DNA from: Thermodesulfobacteriota bacterium
GTDB taxonomy: Bacteria > Desulfobacterota_D > UBA1144 > Nemesobacterales > Nemesobacteraceae
DNA length: 64,000 nt
Direction of reading: 5' to 3'
Assembly: GCA_965204665.1 (NCBI GenBank)
Contig: OZ242002.1
Coordinates: forward strand, 1,497,995-1,561,994
Shown here in pieces: positions 39,125 to 49,196 of the stretch; within the stretch, counting starts at the first letter, position 1, and every line of letters begins with the position of its first letter. Below the pieces are notes generated by a model. The model saw only the letters and a list, made by a program, of their open reading frames with translations. It was not told the origin of the DNA and ran no database searches. The translations under genes were made by a program, and so were the position numbers.

Positions 39125-40615
39125 TCACGCCGTCTGCGGACCGTAAACACTCCTCCCCGCGCAATACTCCCTGAATTTTTCCACACCCGGGATGTTCAAA
39201 ACCCGGGTCAAGTTGTAAGTCAGCGTCATCAGACTGAACTCTCCCCTGCACTTCTCAAGTCCCCGCATAAGAAACTGATGAAAACCGTTTCCGACCTTCA
39301 ATGTTCCGAACAGATGTTCAACAATTCTCCCCCGCTTCCTGATCTTCTCTTCTCCCTGTTCCATTCTCCGCCTGTGCCTCTCAAGCACTTCATGGTGTTC
39401 CCATCTTTGTATCAATCTGACTTGCTTCTCACCGATACAATGCCTGCGCATCGAACACGCCCTGCAGTCCGCACTTCTGCTTGTATATATAGTGTACCTC
39501 TTCCCATTTCTAACCCTTGGTTTTACGCGGGGGTCAGCCTCCTGCCCTGCGGACAATGATAACAATCCTCTCCGGCATCGTAAGTGAATTCGTCAAGACT
39601 GTAACGCCCCCGTTGTTTCATTCTCGAACTGTTGTCGGGAACAGGAACATAGACTGTAATGTCCTCATCCTCGCACCGCTTCAGTTCCATGCTCTCGTAA
39701 TAACCTCCGTCAGCCAGTCCTGTCAATTGTTCCGTATCAAGACTTTTCTTCGCTTCCGTAAGCATCCCGGCCAGTTGATGGTTGTCCGTGCCGTCCTGAA
39801 CCACATTCTCGGCAACTACAAGCTTGTGCTTCGAATCCACCGCTATCTGCGCGTTGTAACCCGCCACGCTCTGCCCCCGCTTCCTGAGCAGCCTCGCGTC
39901 TTTGTCCACCTTTGACACCTGAGTGTCACCACTTCTCTCCATGCGGTCCTTAGTCTCCCGATTCTCCTTCTGACGCTTCTTCAACTTCTCTATCTTCTCC
40001 CTCAACATCTTGTCGTTGCCCGCATCCTGTCTTCCCGCCTTCTCATCAGCGGCGTCAGCCTCCTCAAGTTCCTGCTGATACTCTTCTATCCTGCTCTCTA
40101 TATTCTCCAATTCCCTGTCTATATACCCTCGGGTCCGTATGCTTGCCCTGCTCGCGTCCGCAGAAAAGAAAGAACCGTCGACCGCCACCTCATCCCCGCC
40201 GAACAGGGATAACTCCCTGCACAGCAGAACAAAATCCCTGTTGACCTTCCTCAGTTGCGCCGCATGGTTCTTGCGGAAATCAGCAATGCTCTTGTAAGAC
40301 GGCCGCATCCCTTTCACCAGCCAAATCACTTCGAGATTCCTTCCGGTCTCCGCTTCCAGCTTGCGGCTGCTGCGTATACCATGCTGATATCCGTAAAGAT
40401 GCAAGCTTCAACATCGCCCACGGATTATAGGGAGGCTGCCCCGCTGTGGTGCCGGCCTCGGTATGCCTGAATCCCATGGAAGACAGATCAAGAGTGTCGA
40501 CGTAGGCATCAAGCGCCCGAACCTGGTGGTTCTCTCCGACATAGTCTTCCACTCTCTCGGGCAGAAGCAGTGTTTGTCCTCGGTCAAGTGCGGGTTTGTA
40601 TCGGCGTCGGTTCAT
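39125..40615 (-). pseudogene. IS1182-family (IS5 superfamily) transposase interrupted by two frameshifts
   Basis: Three consecutive ORFs in different frames together give about 497 aa: InsH-N-like (MLKL...YGYQHGIRSSRKLE), a coiled-coil middle, then a DDE/C-terminal YHCPQGRRLT...C..C..C segment. The shifts are near 40390 and 39540. Confidence 0.75.
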
Positions 40616-40756
40616 TGCGTATTACACCTCGGTATCAAGAATATGGAGTAATCGTACCTTAAGAAAGAGGATATATCAACACCTAACTGCATGTAATGCA
40701 AAGATAATTATGCTGTTGTATCAGCCGAGGGGGGGGGGATGAGGAAATCAGATTCT

Positions 40757-40829
40757 GTAAAAACATCTCGGTTCCGAGATATATGCTGAACAATGCAGAA
40801 TCTCAGAATACTTTCACAGTCTCAATTGG
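40757..40829 (+). repeat. Copy of Fic-gene 5' module (promoter + first 11 codons MQNLRILSQSQ), truncated
   Basis: Matches 56469-56538 (+) and 54630-54714 (-). The ORF stops after 17 codons here. Confidence 0.7.
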
Positions 40830-40940
40830 GGCAATCCTGCTAAAAAGTGACCTCAAATAAGCCCTGCCGTTTAAGTCGCGTTCACCGCGGAGGCGCTCAA
40901 AACGCTCTCCTCGGGCGTCTTTCCGTCTTTTCTCCCGAAC

Positions 40941-42257
40941 TCAGTCCACGAATTTATATAGGGTTGACGTACGGATTGAATTTCCTGTGGCGTCATCCTG
41001 CACATCAAATAAATTGTCTGATCCTATAGTGATCGTGCGACCCGATCCTGTCACCGTAGACCCGTTTGGAAAACCTTTGAACTGAAGTATATCGTTCTGA
41101 GAGGCGTTAAAGTCTTTAATATTATCCTTGTTGCTTCTGTGCGCGTACCTGATTTGAAAGGTGTCGGCACCGGCACCGCCCGTAAGAGTATCGGCACCGG
41201 CTTGTCCGTCGATCAGATCATTTCCGCCTCTTCCGTCAAGGGTATCGTTCCCGGCTAACCCGTCTAAATAATTTCCCAGGTTGTCTCCATTAAGAGTATC
41301 ATTTCCGTGTCCACCGAAAAGGTTCTCAATACCTGTAAATGTAATCGATCCTCCTCCATGACCACCGGCGTCAAAAGTCCCCGCGGCAAGATCAACGGTT
41401 CCAGCTGTATTATTTTGTGCGGAACGGATAAAACCATCCTTCACGGCCTGTATTCCCAGGCGGGGATCATCAGTTTGAATGCTCTCTAGGATTATAGCAT
41501 CACCAGTTTGCCGACCATTCCTGACAGCAGTTCCTATCGGGGGGCCGCCGTTAAAGGTGTCGTTGCCTTTACTGTTGACGAGATAAAATATATCTGCCCC
41601 GTCTCCACCGTTGAGCGTATCATTGCCTTCGCCGCCATGGAGAATGTCCCGCCCCGCATCGCCGTTGACCGTATCATCGCCGTCTACTCCCCGGATGAAA
41701 TCAATGCCGTCTCCGCCATGTAGGGTGTTAGCGCCGGCGTTGGCCCAGATGACATCCTCTCCATCTCCGCCATAGATGACGTCATCGGTAGTTTCCGTGC
41801 CTATGCTGCCTGCAACCTGAGCATCGACTTTGTCATCTCCGTCTTCACCGTATATCGTATCCGTGCCGGCACCACCGGCTATCGTGTCGTTTCCGGCACC
41901 ACCGTAAACAGTATCATCTCCGGCTCCGGCACTGATGTTGTTCACGTACTGATTTCCGCAGATGATGTCGTCATCTCCAGTCCCCGTGATATTATTGGAG
42001 ACACCGGGCAGAGCATTTATACCGTTGCTCACGTCGCATCTGGGGTCACCGAAGGATTTTCCCTGATCTCCCTGCGGGCCCGCCGCTCCCTGTGTTCCCG
42101 AGTCTCCTTTATCACCCTTATCTCCTTTCGCCCCGTCTTTACCTGCCGGACCTGTTTCCCCCTTCGGGCCTGCCGGCCCCATATCCCCTTCACAGGCAGC
42201 AAGGAAAACCGCTCCGCCGAGCAGAAACAACAACACTAAGAAATTACGTGACTTCAT
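40941..42257 (-). CDS. Lipoprotein with collagen-like Gly-X-Y repeats and RTX calcium-binding repeats, paralog 2
   Basis: MKSRNFLVLLFLLGGAVFLAACEGDMGPAGPKGETGPAGKDG... followed by GGAGxDT repeats. It is more diverged than paralogs 1 and 3 but has the same architecture and the same C-terminal YKFVD ending. Confidence 0.85.
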   Translation of the reverse strand: MKSRNFLVLLFLLGGAVFLAACEGDMGPAGPKGETGPAGKDGAKGDKGDKGDSGTQGAAGPQGDQGKSFGDPRCDVSNGINALPGVSNNITGTGDDDIICGNQYVNNISAGAGDDTVYGGAGNDTIAGGAGTDTIYGEDGDDKVDAQVAGSIGTETTDDVIYGGDGEDVIWANAGANTLHGGDGIDFIRGVDGDDTVNGDAGRDILHGGEGNDTLNGGDGADIFYLVNSKGNDTFNGGPPIGTAVRNGRQTGDAIILESIQTDDPRLGIQAVKDGFIRSAQNNTAGTVDLAAGTFDAGGHGGGSITFTGIENLFGGHGNDTLNGDNLGNYLDGLAGNDTLDGRGGNDLIDGQAGADTLTGGAGADTFQIRYAHRSNKDNIKDFNASQNDILQFKGFPNGSTVTGSGRTITIGSDNLFDVQDDATGNSIRTSTLYKFVD

Positions 42258-42285
42258 GACAAAACCTCCTTAAGCAGATGTTTTG

Positions 42286-42313
42286 ATTCTACCCCCCCCC
42301 CATATGAAGTCAA
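42286..42313 (-). promoter_or_regulatory. Sigma70-like promoter with poly-G(10) spacer tract upstream of paralog 2
   Basis: On the minus strand: TTGACT - tcatat + G10 (16 nt spacer) - TAGAAT. GGAGG RBS before the ATG at 42257. Confidence 0.6.
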
Positions 42314-42445
42314 GCACTCTTTCTGAACAGGCGGTTGGTACTGTAGCGATTTCTTGACATTGATTGTTGTTTTTGTTAGAGTTAAAAACGAATTTAGACA
42401 TGGCTAAAATATTTTTTCTGCGTGCCTGAAACAGAGGTTTTTCCA

Positions 42446-43132
42446 ATGGAAATTACTAATGAAAAGACCGGAGTGATCTCCAAAGCGGTAGAGGACTACC
42501 TAAAGACCATTTATGAGGTGCAGAACTCAGAAGATAAGGTGTCTACAAACGCGCTTTCAGAAAAATTGGGCGTATCACCAGCATCTGTTACCGCCATGGT
42601 GAAAAAACTTTCGGATAGAAGGCTCATAACTCATAAACGTTATCAAGGGGTTAGACTCACTTCCGCAGGTGAAAAGATAGCTCTTGAGATAATCAGGCAT
42701 CATCGTCTTGTGGAACTCTATCTCAAAGAAGCCCTCGGCGTTCCGTGGGACAGGGTGCACCAAGAAGCCGAAAAATGGGAGCATGTGCTTTCAGAAGATA
42801 TTGAGGACAGGATTGATGAGTTTTTGGGGCATCCGATTACTGACCCTCACGGCTCTCCGATTCCGCAACGGGACGGAACCATGATAGAGAGGCAGTGTAG
42901 AAGTCTCTTAGATATGGAGTCCAGCACGGATGCCAGGGTGGTGGAGGTAAGCGACCACGATTCTGAATTTCTGCGCTATTTGGGAAAAATAGGACTCTAT
43001 CCGCAGACAAAGATAAGAATTGTTTCCAAAGAGCCTTTTGCCGGTCCGATAATAATTGAGTTCGCCGGAAAAAAATATCCTATAGGACAGAACGCGGCTA
43101 AGTACATATTTGTTGAAAAAACGGAGAGGTAA
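42446..43132 (+). CDS. DtxR/MntR-family metal-dependent transcriptional regulator with C-terminal SH3-like/FeoA domain
   Basis: wHTH (LSEKLGVSPASVTAMVKKL), metal-binding helix, FeoA-like C-terminus. ATG at 42446 is preferred over the GTG at 42422. Confidence 0.85.
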   Translation: MEITNEKTGVISKAVEDYLKTIYEVQNSEDKVSTNALSEKLGVSPASVTAMVKKLSDRRLITHKRYQGVRLTSAGEKIALEIIRHHRLVELYLKEALGVPWDRVHQEAEKWEHVLSEDIEDRIDEFLGHPITDPHGSPIPQRDGTMIERQCRSLLDMESSTDARVVEVSDHDSEFLRYLGKIGLYPQTKIRIVSKEPFAGPIIIEFAGKKYPIGQNAAKYIFVEKTER

Positions 43133-43139
43133 AACGAGG

Positions 43140-44126
43140 ATGAGAGTACTGAAAAAACATGTGGAATTTTTAATTCTGGCATCCATGATGTTTTTTTGTT
43201 CGGCTTGCACGGAGAGCACTGCCGGTGCGGGAAAACACATCGGTAGAATAAATGCGGTTACGACTACGGCTATAGTAGCCGACCTTGTACGCAACATCGC
43301 GGGAGACAGAGCGGAAGTAAGTTCTCTTATGGGAACGGGTGTTGACCCGCACCTCTACAAGGCAAGTGCGGGAGATGTATACAGGCTTGCTTCCGCCGAC
43401 ATGATTTTTTATAACGGTCTTCACCTTGAGGGGAAAATTACGGATGTACTTGCGGAGATGAAGAAAAACGGACTATTCACGGTGGCAGTCGCTGAAGGAA
43501 TTGACAAGTCTCTTCTTCTATCTCCCGAAGAGTATGATGGATATTACGACCCGCATGTGTGGTTTGATGTTTCTCTCTGGAAAAATGCGGTGGAGGTGGT
43601 AGTCGAAGCATTTTGCGAGTACGATTCGCAGAATGCGCATATATACAGAAACAACTCAAGGTCCTACATGAAAAAACTTGATGCGTTGCAGGACTATGTG
43701 CAGAAGAAAATCGCTTTGCTTCCGCCCGAAAAAAGGGTTCTTATAACGGCACACGATGCATTCAATTATTTTGGCAGAGGCTACGGGTTTGAGGTGATGG
43801 GTCTTCAGGGGATAAGTACAGATTCAGAAGCAAGCGTATCTGATATAAAAAATCTCTCAGAACTGATCGCTCATAGAGAAATTCCCGCAGTTTTCGTGGA
43901 AACTTCCATTTCTCCCAGATACATGAAAGCTCTTGTGGCCTCAGTAAAAGCGAGAGGGTTTAGAGTTGGTCTCGGGGGGACTCTTTTTTCTGATTCGATG
44001 GGTGCTCATGGAACAGAGGAAGGCACTTACCTCGGAATGTTCAGAAAAAATGTGAATACGATAGTCAAGTCGCTAAGTGGTCCCGACATTGCGGGTTCCG
44101 ATCCCAAGACATCCGGAGGCGGATGA
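43140..44126 (+). CDS. Metal (Mn/Zn/Fe) ABC transporter substrate-binding lipoprotein, ZnuA/TroA family
   Basis: Lipoprotein signal (SAC), cluster A-I SBP blocks, acidic/His loop. Confidence 0.85.
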   Translation: MRVLKKHVEFLILASMMFFCSACTESTAGAGKHIGRINAVTTTAIVADLVRNIAGDRAEVSSLMGTGVDPHLYKASAGDVYRLASADMIFYNGLHLEGKITDVLAEMKKNGLFTVAVAEGIDKSLLLSPEEYDGYYDPHVWFDVSLWKNAVEVVVEAFCEYDSQNAHIYRNNSRSYMKKLDALQDYVQKKIALLPPEKRVLITAHDAFNYFGRGYGFEVMGLQGISTDSEASVSDIKNLSELIAHREIPAVFVETSISPRYMKALVASVKARGFRVGLGGTLFSDSMGAHGTEEGTYLGMFRKNVNTIVKSLSGPDIAGSDPKTSGGG

Positions 44127-44902
44127 TGAACGGTAAGAACATAGAACTGCCGAAACCTGCAATCAGTGTGAATGACCTTACAGTCGCTTACGGAAGCAAA
44201 ACTGTTCTATGGGATATAGACCTCGAGGTCCCCGCAGGGTCAATGGTTGCTGTTGTGGGACCGAACGGAGCTGGGAAGACTACGCTTATAAAGTCCATAC
44301 AGGGACTCGTTCCACGGGTGGTCGGCTCGATTTTCATATACGGAAAAACATATGCGAGGCAAAGAAGGGAAGTTAGCTATGTTCCTCAGAGAGGGTCTGT
44401 GGACTGGGATTTCCCCACATCGGTGGTTGATGTAGTAAAGATGGGTAGTTACGGGGATTTGGGCTGGATAAGGCGACCCGGGAAAAAGGAGCATGTGAAG
44501 GCGCTTGCGGCGCTTGATAAAGTGGGGATGTCCGAGTTTGCGCGTAGACAGATAAGCCAACTTTCCGGCGGTCAGCAACAGAGGGTTTTCCTTGCCAGAG
44601 CGCTTATGCAGAGCGCTTCCGTATATCTCCTTGATGAGCCTTTCCAAGGCGTGGACGCTACAACTGAAAAGGCGATTGTGAAAATACTCAAAGAACTTGC
44701 CTCACGCGGAAAAACCGTGCTTGCAGTACACCACGACCTGAGTACCGTCACTGAATACTATCAGCGGGTCATCATTCTGAATGTCAGACTCGTTGCTCAT
44801 GGAGAAGTTAGGGATGTATTCAACTCGGAAAATCTTAAAAGCGCTTACGGAGGCAATGCCTCAATTTTCTCCGGAAGAACTAATGCCGCAGAAGCGGTCT
44901 GA
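44123..44902 (+). CDS. Metal ABC transporter ATP-binding protein
   Basis: Walker A GPNGAGKTT, LSGGQQQRV signature, Walker B LLDEP. Confidence 0.9.
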   Translation: MMNGKNIELPKPAISVNDLTVAYGSKTVLWDIDLEVPAGSMVAVVGPNGAGKTTLIKSIQGLVPRVVGSIFIYGKTYARQRREVSYVPQRGSVDWDFPTSVVDVVKMGSYGDLGWIRRPGKKEHVKALAALDKVGMSEFARRQISQLSGGQQQRVFLARALMQSASVYLLDEPFQGVDATTEKAIVKILKELASRGKTVLAVHHDLSTVTEYYQRVIILNVRLVAHGEVRDVFNSENLKSAYGGNASIFSGRTNAAEAV

Positions 44903-46041
44903 TGCTTGAATTTGCGGCAGAACTGCTTTCCGACTATACGTCTAGGACCATTCTTCTAGGAGCATCTTCCTTGGGAGTGGTAAGCGGTGTGGTAGGTTCC
45001 TACGCGGTACTGAGAAAACAGAGTTTAGTCGGTGATGTGATGTCGCATGCAACCCTCCCGGGAATAGTAGTTGCCTTTATTGTAGTCGGAGTCAAGGAGC
45101 AATTTGCCGTTTTGATCGGAGCTGCGGTATCTGCGGTAGCAGCTGTGCTTATAATCAATCTTATTACTCAGAACTGCAGAATAAAAATCGACAGCGCCAT
45201 GGGTATGGCTCTTTCTGTTTTCTTCGGACTTGGACTTGTGCTTCTGACCTATGCGCAGAGAATTCCCGGAGCAAACCAGGCGGGACTCGACAAGTTTCTT
45301 TTCGGGCAAGCCGAGGCGCTTGTAGAAAAAGATGTTCTGTCCATAACTCTTACGGGATTTTTCGCGCTTTCTCTGGTAACACTTTTCTGGAAAGAACTCA
45401 AGGTTCTGTGCTTTGATCCTGATTTCGGTAGAACCATGGGGTTTTCCATAAGGTTTCTTGATCTGATGATTACAGCCGTGGTGGTTTCCGCTATTGTGGT
45501 CGGCATTCAAACCGTCGGTGTGGTGCTCATGAGTTCAATGCTCGTGGCTCCTGCGGTCGCTGCGAGACAGTGGACCGCTGACATGGGTTCCATGGTGATT
45601 CTATCCGCCTGCACAGCCGCCGTCTCGGGCGTTTGCGGGGTTGGGCTCAGCACGGGAATCGAAAATTTACCTACCGGTCCTGCTGTGGTCGTGTGCGCAA
45701 GCGTTATTGTTTTTTTCTCGGTTCTTTTCTCTCCCGAAGGTTTTTTCGTCTCAAAATTAAGAGATGCTCGAGATAAAATGGAAATAAAAACGGATTATGT
45801 GCTTTTTGCGCTTTACTCGCTCGGACTTGAGCACGGCGACCCCGGTTATGCGCATCCGCGGAAATTGCTTGAACTTGGAAACAGGAAAGGATTTGCCGTA
45901 GACGCAAGCCTTGCCAAACTGCAGAATGCCGGATATGTGGAGAGAGTCGGCAATGACGACTGGCGTCTTACGGAAAGAGGTGTCGGAGAGGCGGAACGAC
46001 TTCCGCTGGGGGTAAACGACAATGAGTTCACATCAACTTGA
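44902..46041 (+). CDS. Metal ABC transporter permease (ABC-3 family) with about 90 aa C-terminal winged-helix-like extension
   Basis: ABC-3 TM core. The C-terminus (...LLELGNRKGFAVDASLAKLQNAGYVERVGNDDWRLTERG) resembles a DtxR-type wHTH. Confidence 0.8.
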   Translation: MLEFAAELLSDYTSRTILLGASSLGVVSGVVGSYAVLRKQSLVGDVMSHATLPGIVVAFIVVGVKEQFAVLIGAAVSAVAAVLIINLITQNCRIKIDSAMGMALSVFFGLGLVLLTYAQRIPGANQAGLDKFLFGQAEALVEKDVLSITLTGFFALSLVTLFWKELKVLCFDPDFGRTMGFSIRFLDLMITAVVVSAIVVGIQTVGVVLMSSMLVAPAVAARQWTADMGSMVILSACTAAVSGVCGVGLSTGIENLPTGPAVVVCASVIVFFSVLFSPEGFFVSKLRDARDKMEIKTDYVLFALYSLGLEHGDPGYAHPRKLLELGNRKGFAVDASLAKLQNAGYVERVGNDDWRLTERGVGEAERLPLGVNDNEFTST

Positions 46042-47122
46042 CATACAGATTGTGGCTGTGATGGTTGCCGCTTCATGTTCGATACCGGGTGTGTTTCTGG
46101 TTTTGAGAAAAATGTCGATGATGGCTGACGCGATCAGTCACTCCATACTTTTAGGAATAATCATCGCATTTTTCCTTGTACAGGATATTTCCTCGCCCTT
46201 TCTTGTAATGGGGGCGGCCGCAAGCGGGGTTCTTGCGGTGTCGCTCATAGAAACTGTAAATCGTTCAAGACTTGTACGCAAAGATGCGTCCATGGGGATT
46301 GTTTTCCCTTTTCTTTTCAGCGTCGCGGTCATACTGATTTCAATGTACGCGCGCAATGTGCATATTGATGTCCACTCGGTACTTCTGGGAGAAATAGCTT
46401 TTGCTCCGTTTAACAGAGTTGCGGTCGCAGGAGTTGATTTCGGCCCCAAGTCGGCATGGGTTATGGGATTTATTCTTGTCGTAAACCTTGTTTTCCTCTC
46501 TCTGTTTTATAAAGAACTCAAAATATCAACATTTGATCGGAGCTTCGCATCCAGCGTGGGTTTTCGTCCTGGTCTGATGCATTATCTCCTTATGACGGTC
46601 GTCTCCATCACATGTGTCGGCGCGTTTGATGCCGTGGGATCGATACTGGTTGTGGCGTTGATAGTAATTCCTCCTTGCTGCGCCTACCTTCTCACCGATT
46701 CGCTCTCCGAGATGATTCTTCTAAGTGCTGTCTTTGGAGTTCTTGCCGCCGTGAGCGGGTTCTGGGCGGCGACACTGCTTGACGTCAACATAGCAGGATC
46801 CATGGCGGTTATGTGCGGGGTGCTTTTTATCGCAGTTTTTCTCTTTTCTCCCCGGAGAGGATTATTGGGAATGATGAGGGAGAGGAGAAAACAGAAAACA
46901 GATTTTGCCGAGTCGCTTTTTCTTGTGAGTCTTTACAACCAGGAGAGAGGACAGGCACTTTCCGACCACTCCCGAGGTCAGGGAATTTTTGACTCCGCTG
47001 ATTCCGTGCGCAGGGTCGCCAGGACTCTGAAAGGCAGGGGGGATGTGGCGATGTCAGGCGACAGGTTTTCCCTCACCGATAAGGGTAGGGAAAAGGCGAA
47101 ACTTGCGGTCGCGGGAAAATAA
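46022..47122 (+). CDS. Metal ABC transporter permease (ABC-3 family), second subunit, also with a C-terminal extension
   Basis: ABC-3 TM core. The C-terminal segment includes ...VSLYNQERGQALSDHS...RFSLTDKGREKA. Confidence 0.8.
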   Translation: MSSHQLDIQIVAVMVAASCSIPGVFLVLRKMSMMADAISHSILLGIIIAFFLVQDISSPFLVMGAAASGVLAVSLIETVNRSRLVRKDASMGIVFPFLFSVAVILISMYARNVHIDVHSVLLGEIAFAPFNRVAVAGVDFGPKSAWVMGFILVVNLVFLSLFYKELKISTFDRSFASSVGFRPGLMHYLLMTVVSITCVGAFDAVGSILVVALIVIPPCCAYLLTDSLSEMILLSAVFGVLAAVSGFWAATLLDVNIAGSMAVMCGVLFIAVFLFSPRRGLLGMMRERRKQKTDFAESLFLVSLYNQERGQALSDHSRGQGIFDSADSVRRVARTLKGRGDVAMSGDRFSLTDKGREKAKLAVAGK

Positions 47123-47140
47123 GCGGCTGTTTTTCCGTGT

Positions 47141-47890
47141 TCACTCTATATCAATTCTGGTAGCTTTTACCGTTTTTCCACCGATAACCATTTCTCCATC
47201 CACCTCGACCTTGTCTCCTTCGGTGATCGCATCGCACTCGAATTCGTCGTCGTTCCGTATTTCTATGCGGGTTGTATCTTCTACATGGACGCTTACCCTC
47301 ACCGCTTTATCCCCGGACGGTATTTCAACTTCTATGGTTCCGGTGTTTTCCTCATCCGAGCAGTCGTTTTTAGATACCTGACCGGTAAAAATTATCTCGG
47401 CTCCGAGCGTGTCGATGTCGATATTCCCGTTTGAGAGCGTCAGGTCGGGGATATTTATTTCCGCGCCGGGGAAAATAATGAGTCTCAGAGAACCGAGTCT
47501 TGTCTCCGCGTTTGAACTGTCAAAAAATTCAATGTCCGCATCTTCGGAGTCAAGGTTTCCGGTTACGGAGAAACTGCCGTTCGATGAGGTGGTGCCTTCA
47601 TAATTCTGCGATGATTCGCTTCTTGTTACCCTTACCAGGAGATTTGAGACCCCGTCAGTCCGCTCGGGTATAACCCTGCTTACAGAACCTATTATCTGCT
47701 CCGTGGAACTTATTTCTTTTTCTATTCCGCTTTTTCCATTGTTAAGACTGATGTCAACACAGCTCACCGCCGCGGTAAATAGAGGGATAGTCAAAAAAAT
47801 CAGGCAGGTTCTCAGAAAAGCAACGGACCCCATTTGGAACTCTCCATTTCTCAAAGACATCTTAAGTAGTATACTGATCTGAAACTTCAA
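47141..47890 (-). CDS. Hypothetical acidic secreted/lipoprotein
   Basis: Signal peptide with a possible lipobox (TAAVSC), D/E-rich, no recognisable domain. The true start may be the internal MGSVAF. Confidence 0.4.
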   Translation of the reverse strand: MKFQISILLKMSLRNGEFQMGSVAFLRTCLIFLTIPLFTAAVSCVDISLNNGKSGIEKEISSTEQIIGSVSRVIPERTDGVSNLLVRVTRSESSQNYEGTTSSNGSFSVTGNLDSEDADIEFFDSSNAETRLGSLRLIIFPGAEINIPDLTLSNGNIDIDTLGAEIIFTGQVSKNDCSDEENTGTIEVEIPSGDKAVRVSVHVEDTTRIEIRNDDEFECDAITEGDKVEVDGEMVIGGKTVKATRIDIE

Positions 47891-47945
47891 TCAAGATTTC
47901 CCGTTCCACTCAATCTGATGATTTTGCCCGAACACCGCTGTTGGA

Positions 47946-49196
47946 ATGAAAAAGAAAACCGTACTCTTCATTAATCACTCGGTAAGGGACGGAGGTCCCG
48001 GAAGAAGCCTGTTATATATACTGAAGTATATTGACAGGGACAGGATAACCCCGTTTGTTCTGATTCCTAAACACGATATTTTCTCTGAAAATCTCAGAGA
48101 AGAGGGAATTTTCGAAAACGTGATAATTGATCCCAGATTTCCGGAAAATCTTCAGAAGTCCTCCCTGGTGTCCGATTTTCCGCTTCCGCCCGCACTGGTG
48201 AAGGCACTTTCCGTGGTGGTGAACACGGCGCAAATGGTACGTCTTCTGTTCGGTTCGAGGAAATTACTCAGCGAAAACAAAATAGATGTTGTCTACTGCA
48301 ATGGAACCCTCGCTAAAATACTGGGCGCATTTATAGGTAAAAAGAACCGTGTTGCGGTAATCTGGCATGTAAGAAACATTCAGGAGAATCGATTTCTTGC
48401 GTTTCTGATGAAATCTCTTTCACGGTCTGAATGCGTAAAAAAGATAATATGTGTTTCCCGCGCCGCTTCCGGTCAGTTCAGAGATGCGGAAAACAGGGTG
48501 CATGTCGTATACAACGGCATTGACCCTTCTGATTTCAGCAGAGAATCAGTCAACGGCTCTTTACGGGATGACCTGTCTTTGTCTTCCGATACCATTCTGA
48601 TCGGAAACACGGGCAGGGTAGTCCCCCGAAAGGGATATATGAATTTTGTGAACATCGCCTGCAGGATGCTTTCTGACCTGAATATCAGGGACAGGTTGAA
48701 ATTCGTTATAGTGGGCGACACACCGTGGTTTTTTCCTAAAAACCACCTCCGGGAATTAAAAGAGTACGTAGAGAAATGTGGAGTGGACGACAGCTTTATT
48801 TTTACAGGATACAGAAAAGACGTAAGACCGTATCTTAAGGATTTTGATATTTTTGTAATTCCGTCTAACTACCCCGACCCGTTTCCGAGGTCCGTTATAG
48901 AGGCCATGGCGTTCGGTCTTCCGGTAGTGGGGTTTGCCGCAGGGGGAATATCAGAGGCCGTAGAACACGGAAAAACAGGGTTCCTCTGTGAGAGGGATAA
49001 TTTTTCCCAGATGGAAGACAGCATCACCGAACTTGTGCTGGATGAGAAGAAAAGACGCGATATGGGGGTGCGGGCAAGGGAGAGAGTGATGTGCATGTAC
49101 TCCGCCTCTGAGCGTACGGCGGACATACAGGACATAATACTGCAGGTTTTTGAATCAGACCTGTCTTCCTTCCCTGTCTCTGAAAAAAAACCGTAG
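47946..49196 (+). CDS. Family 4 glycosyltransferase (GT-B, glycosyl transferase group 1)
   Basis: C-terminal EAMAFGLPVVGFAAGGISEAVEHGKTGFL motif. Confidence 0.85.
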   Translation: MKKKTVLFINHSVRDGGPGRSLLYILKYIDRDRITPFVLIPKHDIFSENLREEGIFENVIIDPRFPENLQKSSLVSDFPLPPALVKALSVVVNTAQMVRLLFGSRKLLSENKIDVVYCNGTLAKILGAFIGKKNRVAVIWHVRNIQENRFLAFLMKSLSRSECVKKIICVSRAASGQFRDAENRVHVVYNGIDPSDFSRESVNGSLRDDLSLSSDTILIGNTGRVVPRKGYMNFVNIACRMLSDLNIRDRLKFVIVGDTPWFFPKNHLRELKEYVEKCGVDDSFIFTGYRKDVRPYLKDFDIFVIPSNYPDPFPRSVIEAMAFGLPVVGFAAGGISEAVEHGKTGFLCERDNFSQMEDSITELVLDEKKRRDMGVRARERVMCMYSASERTADIQDIILQVFESDLSSFPVSEKKP

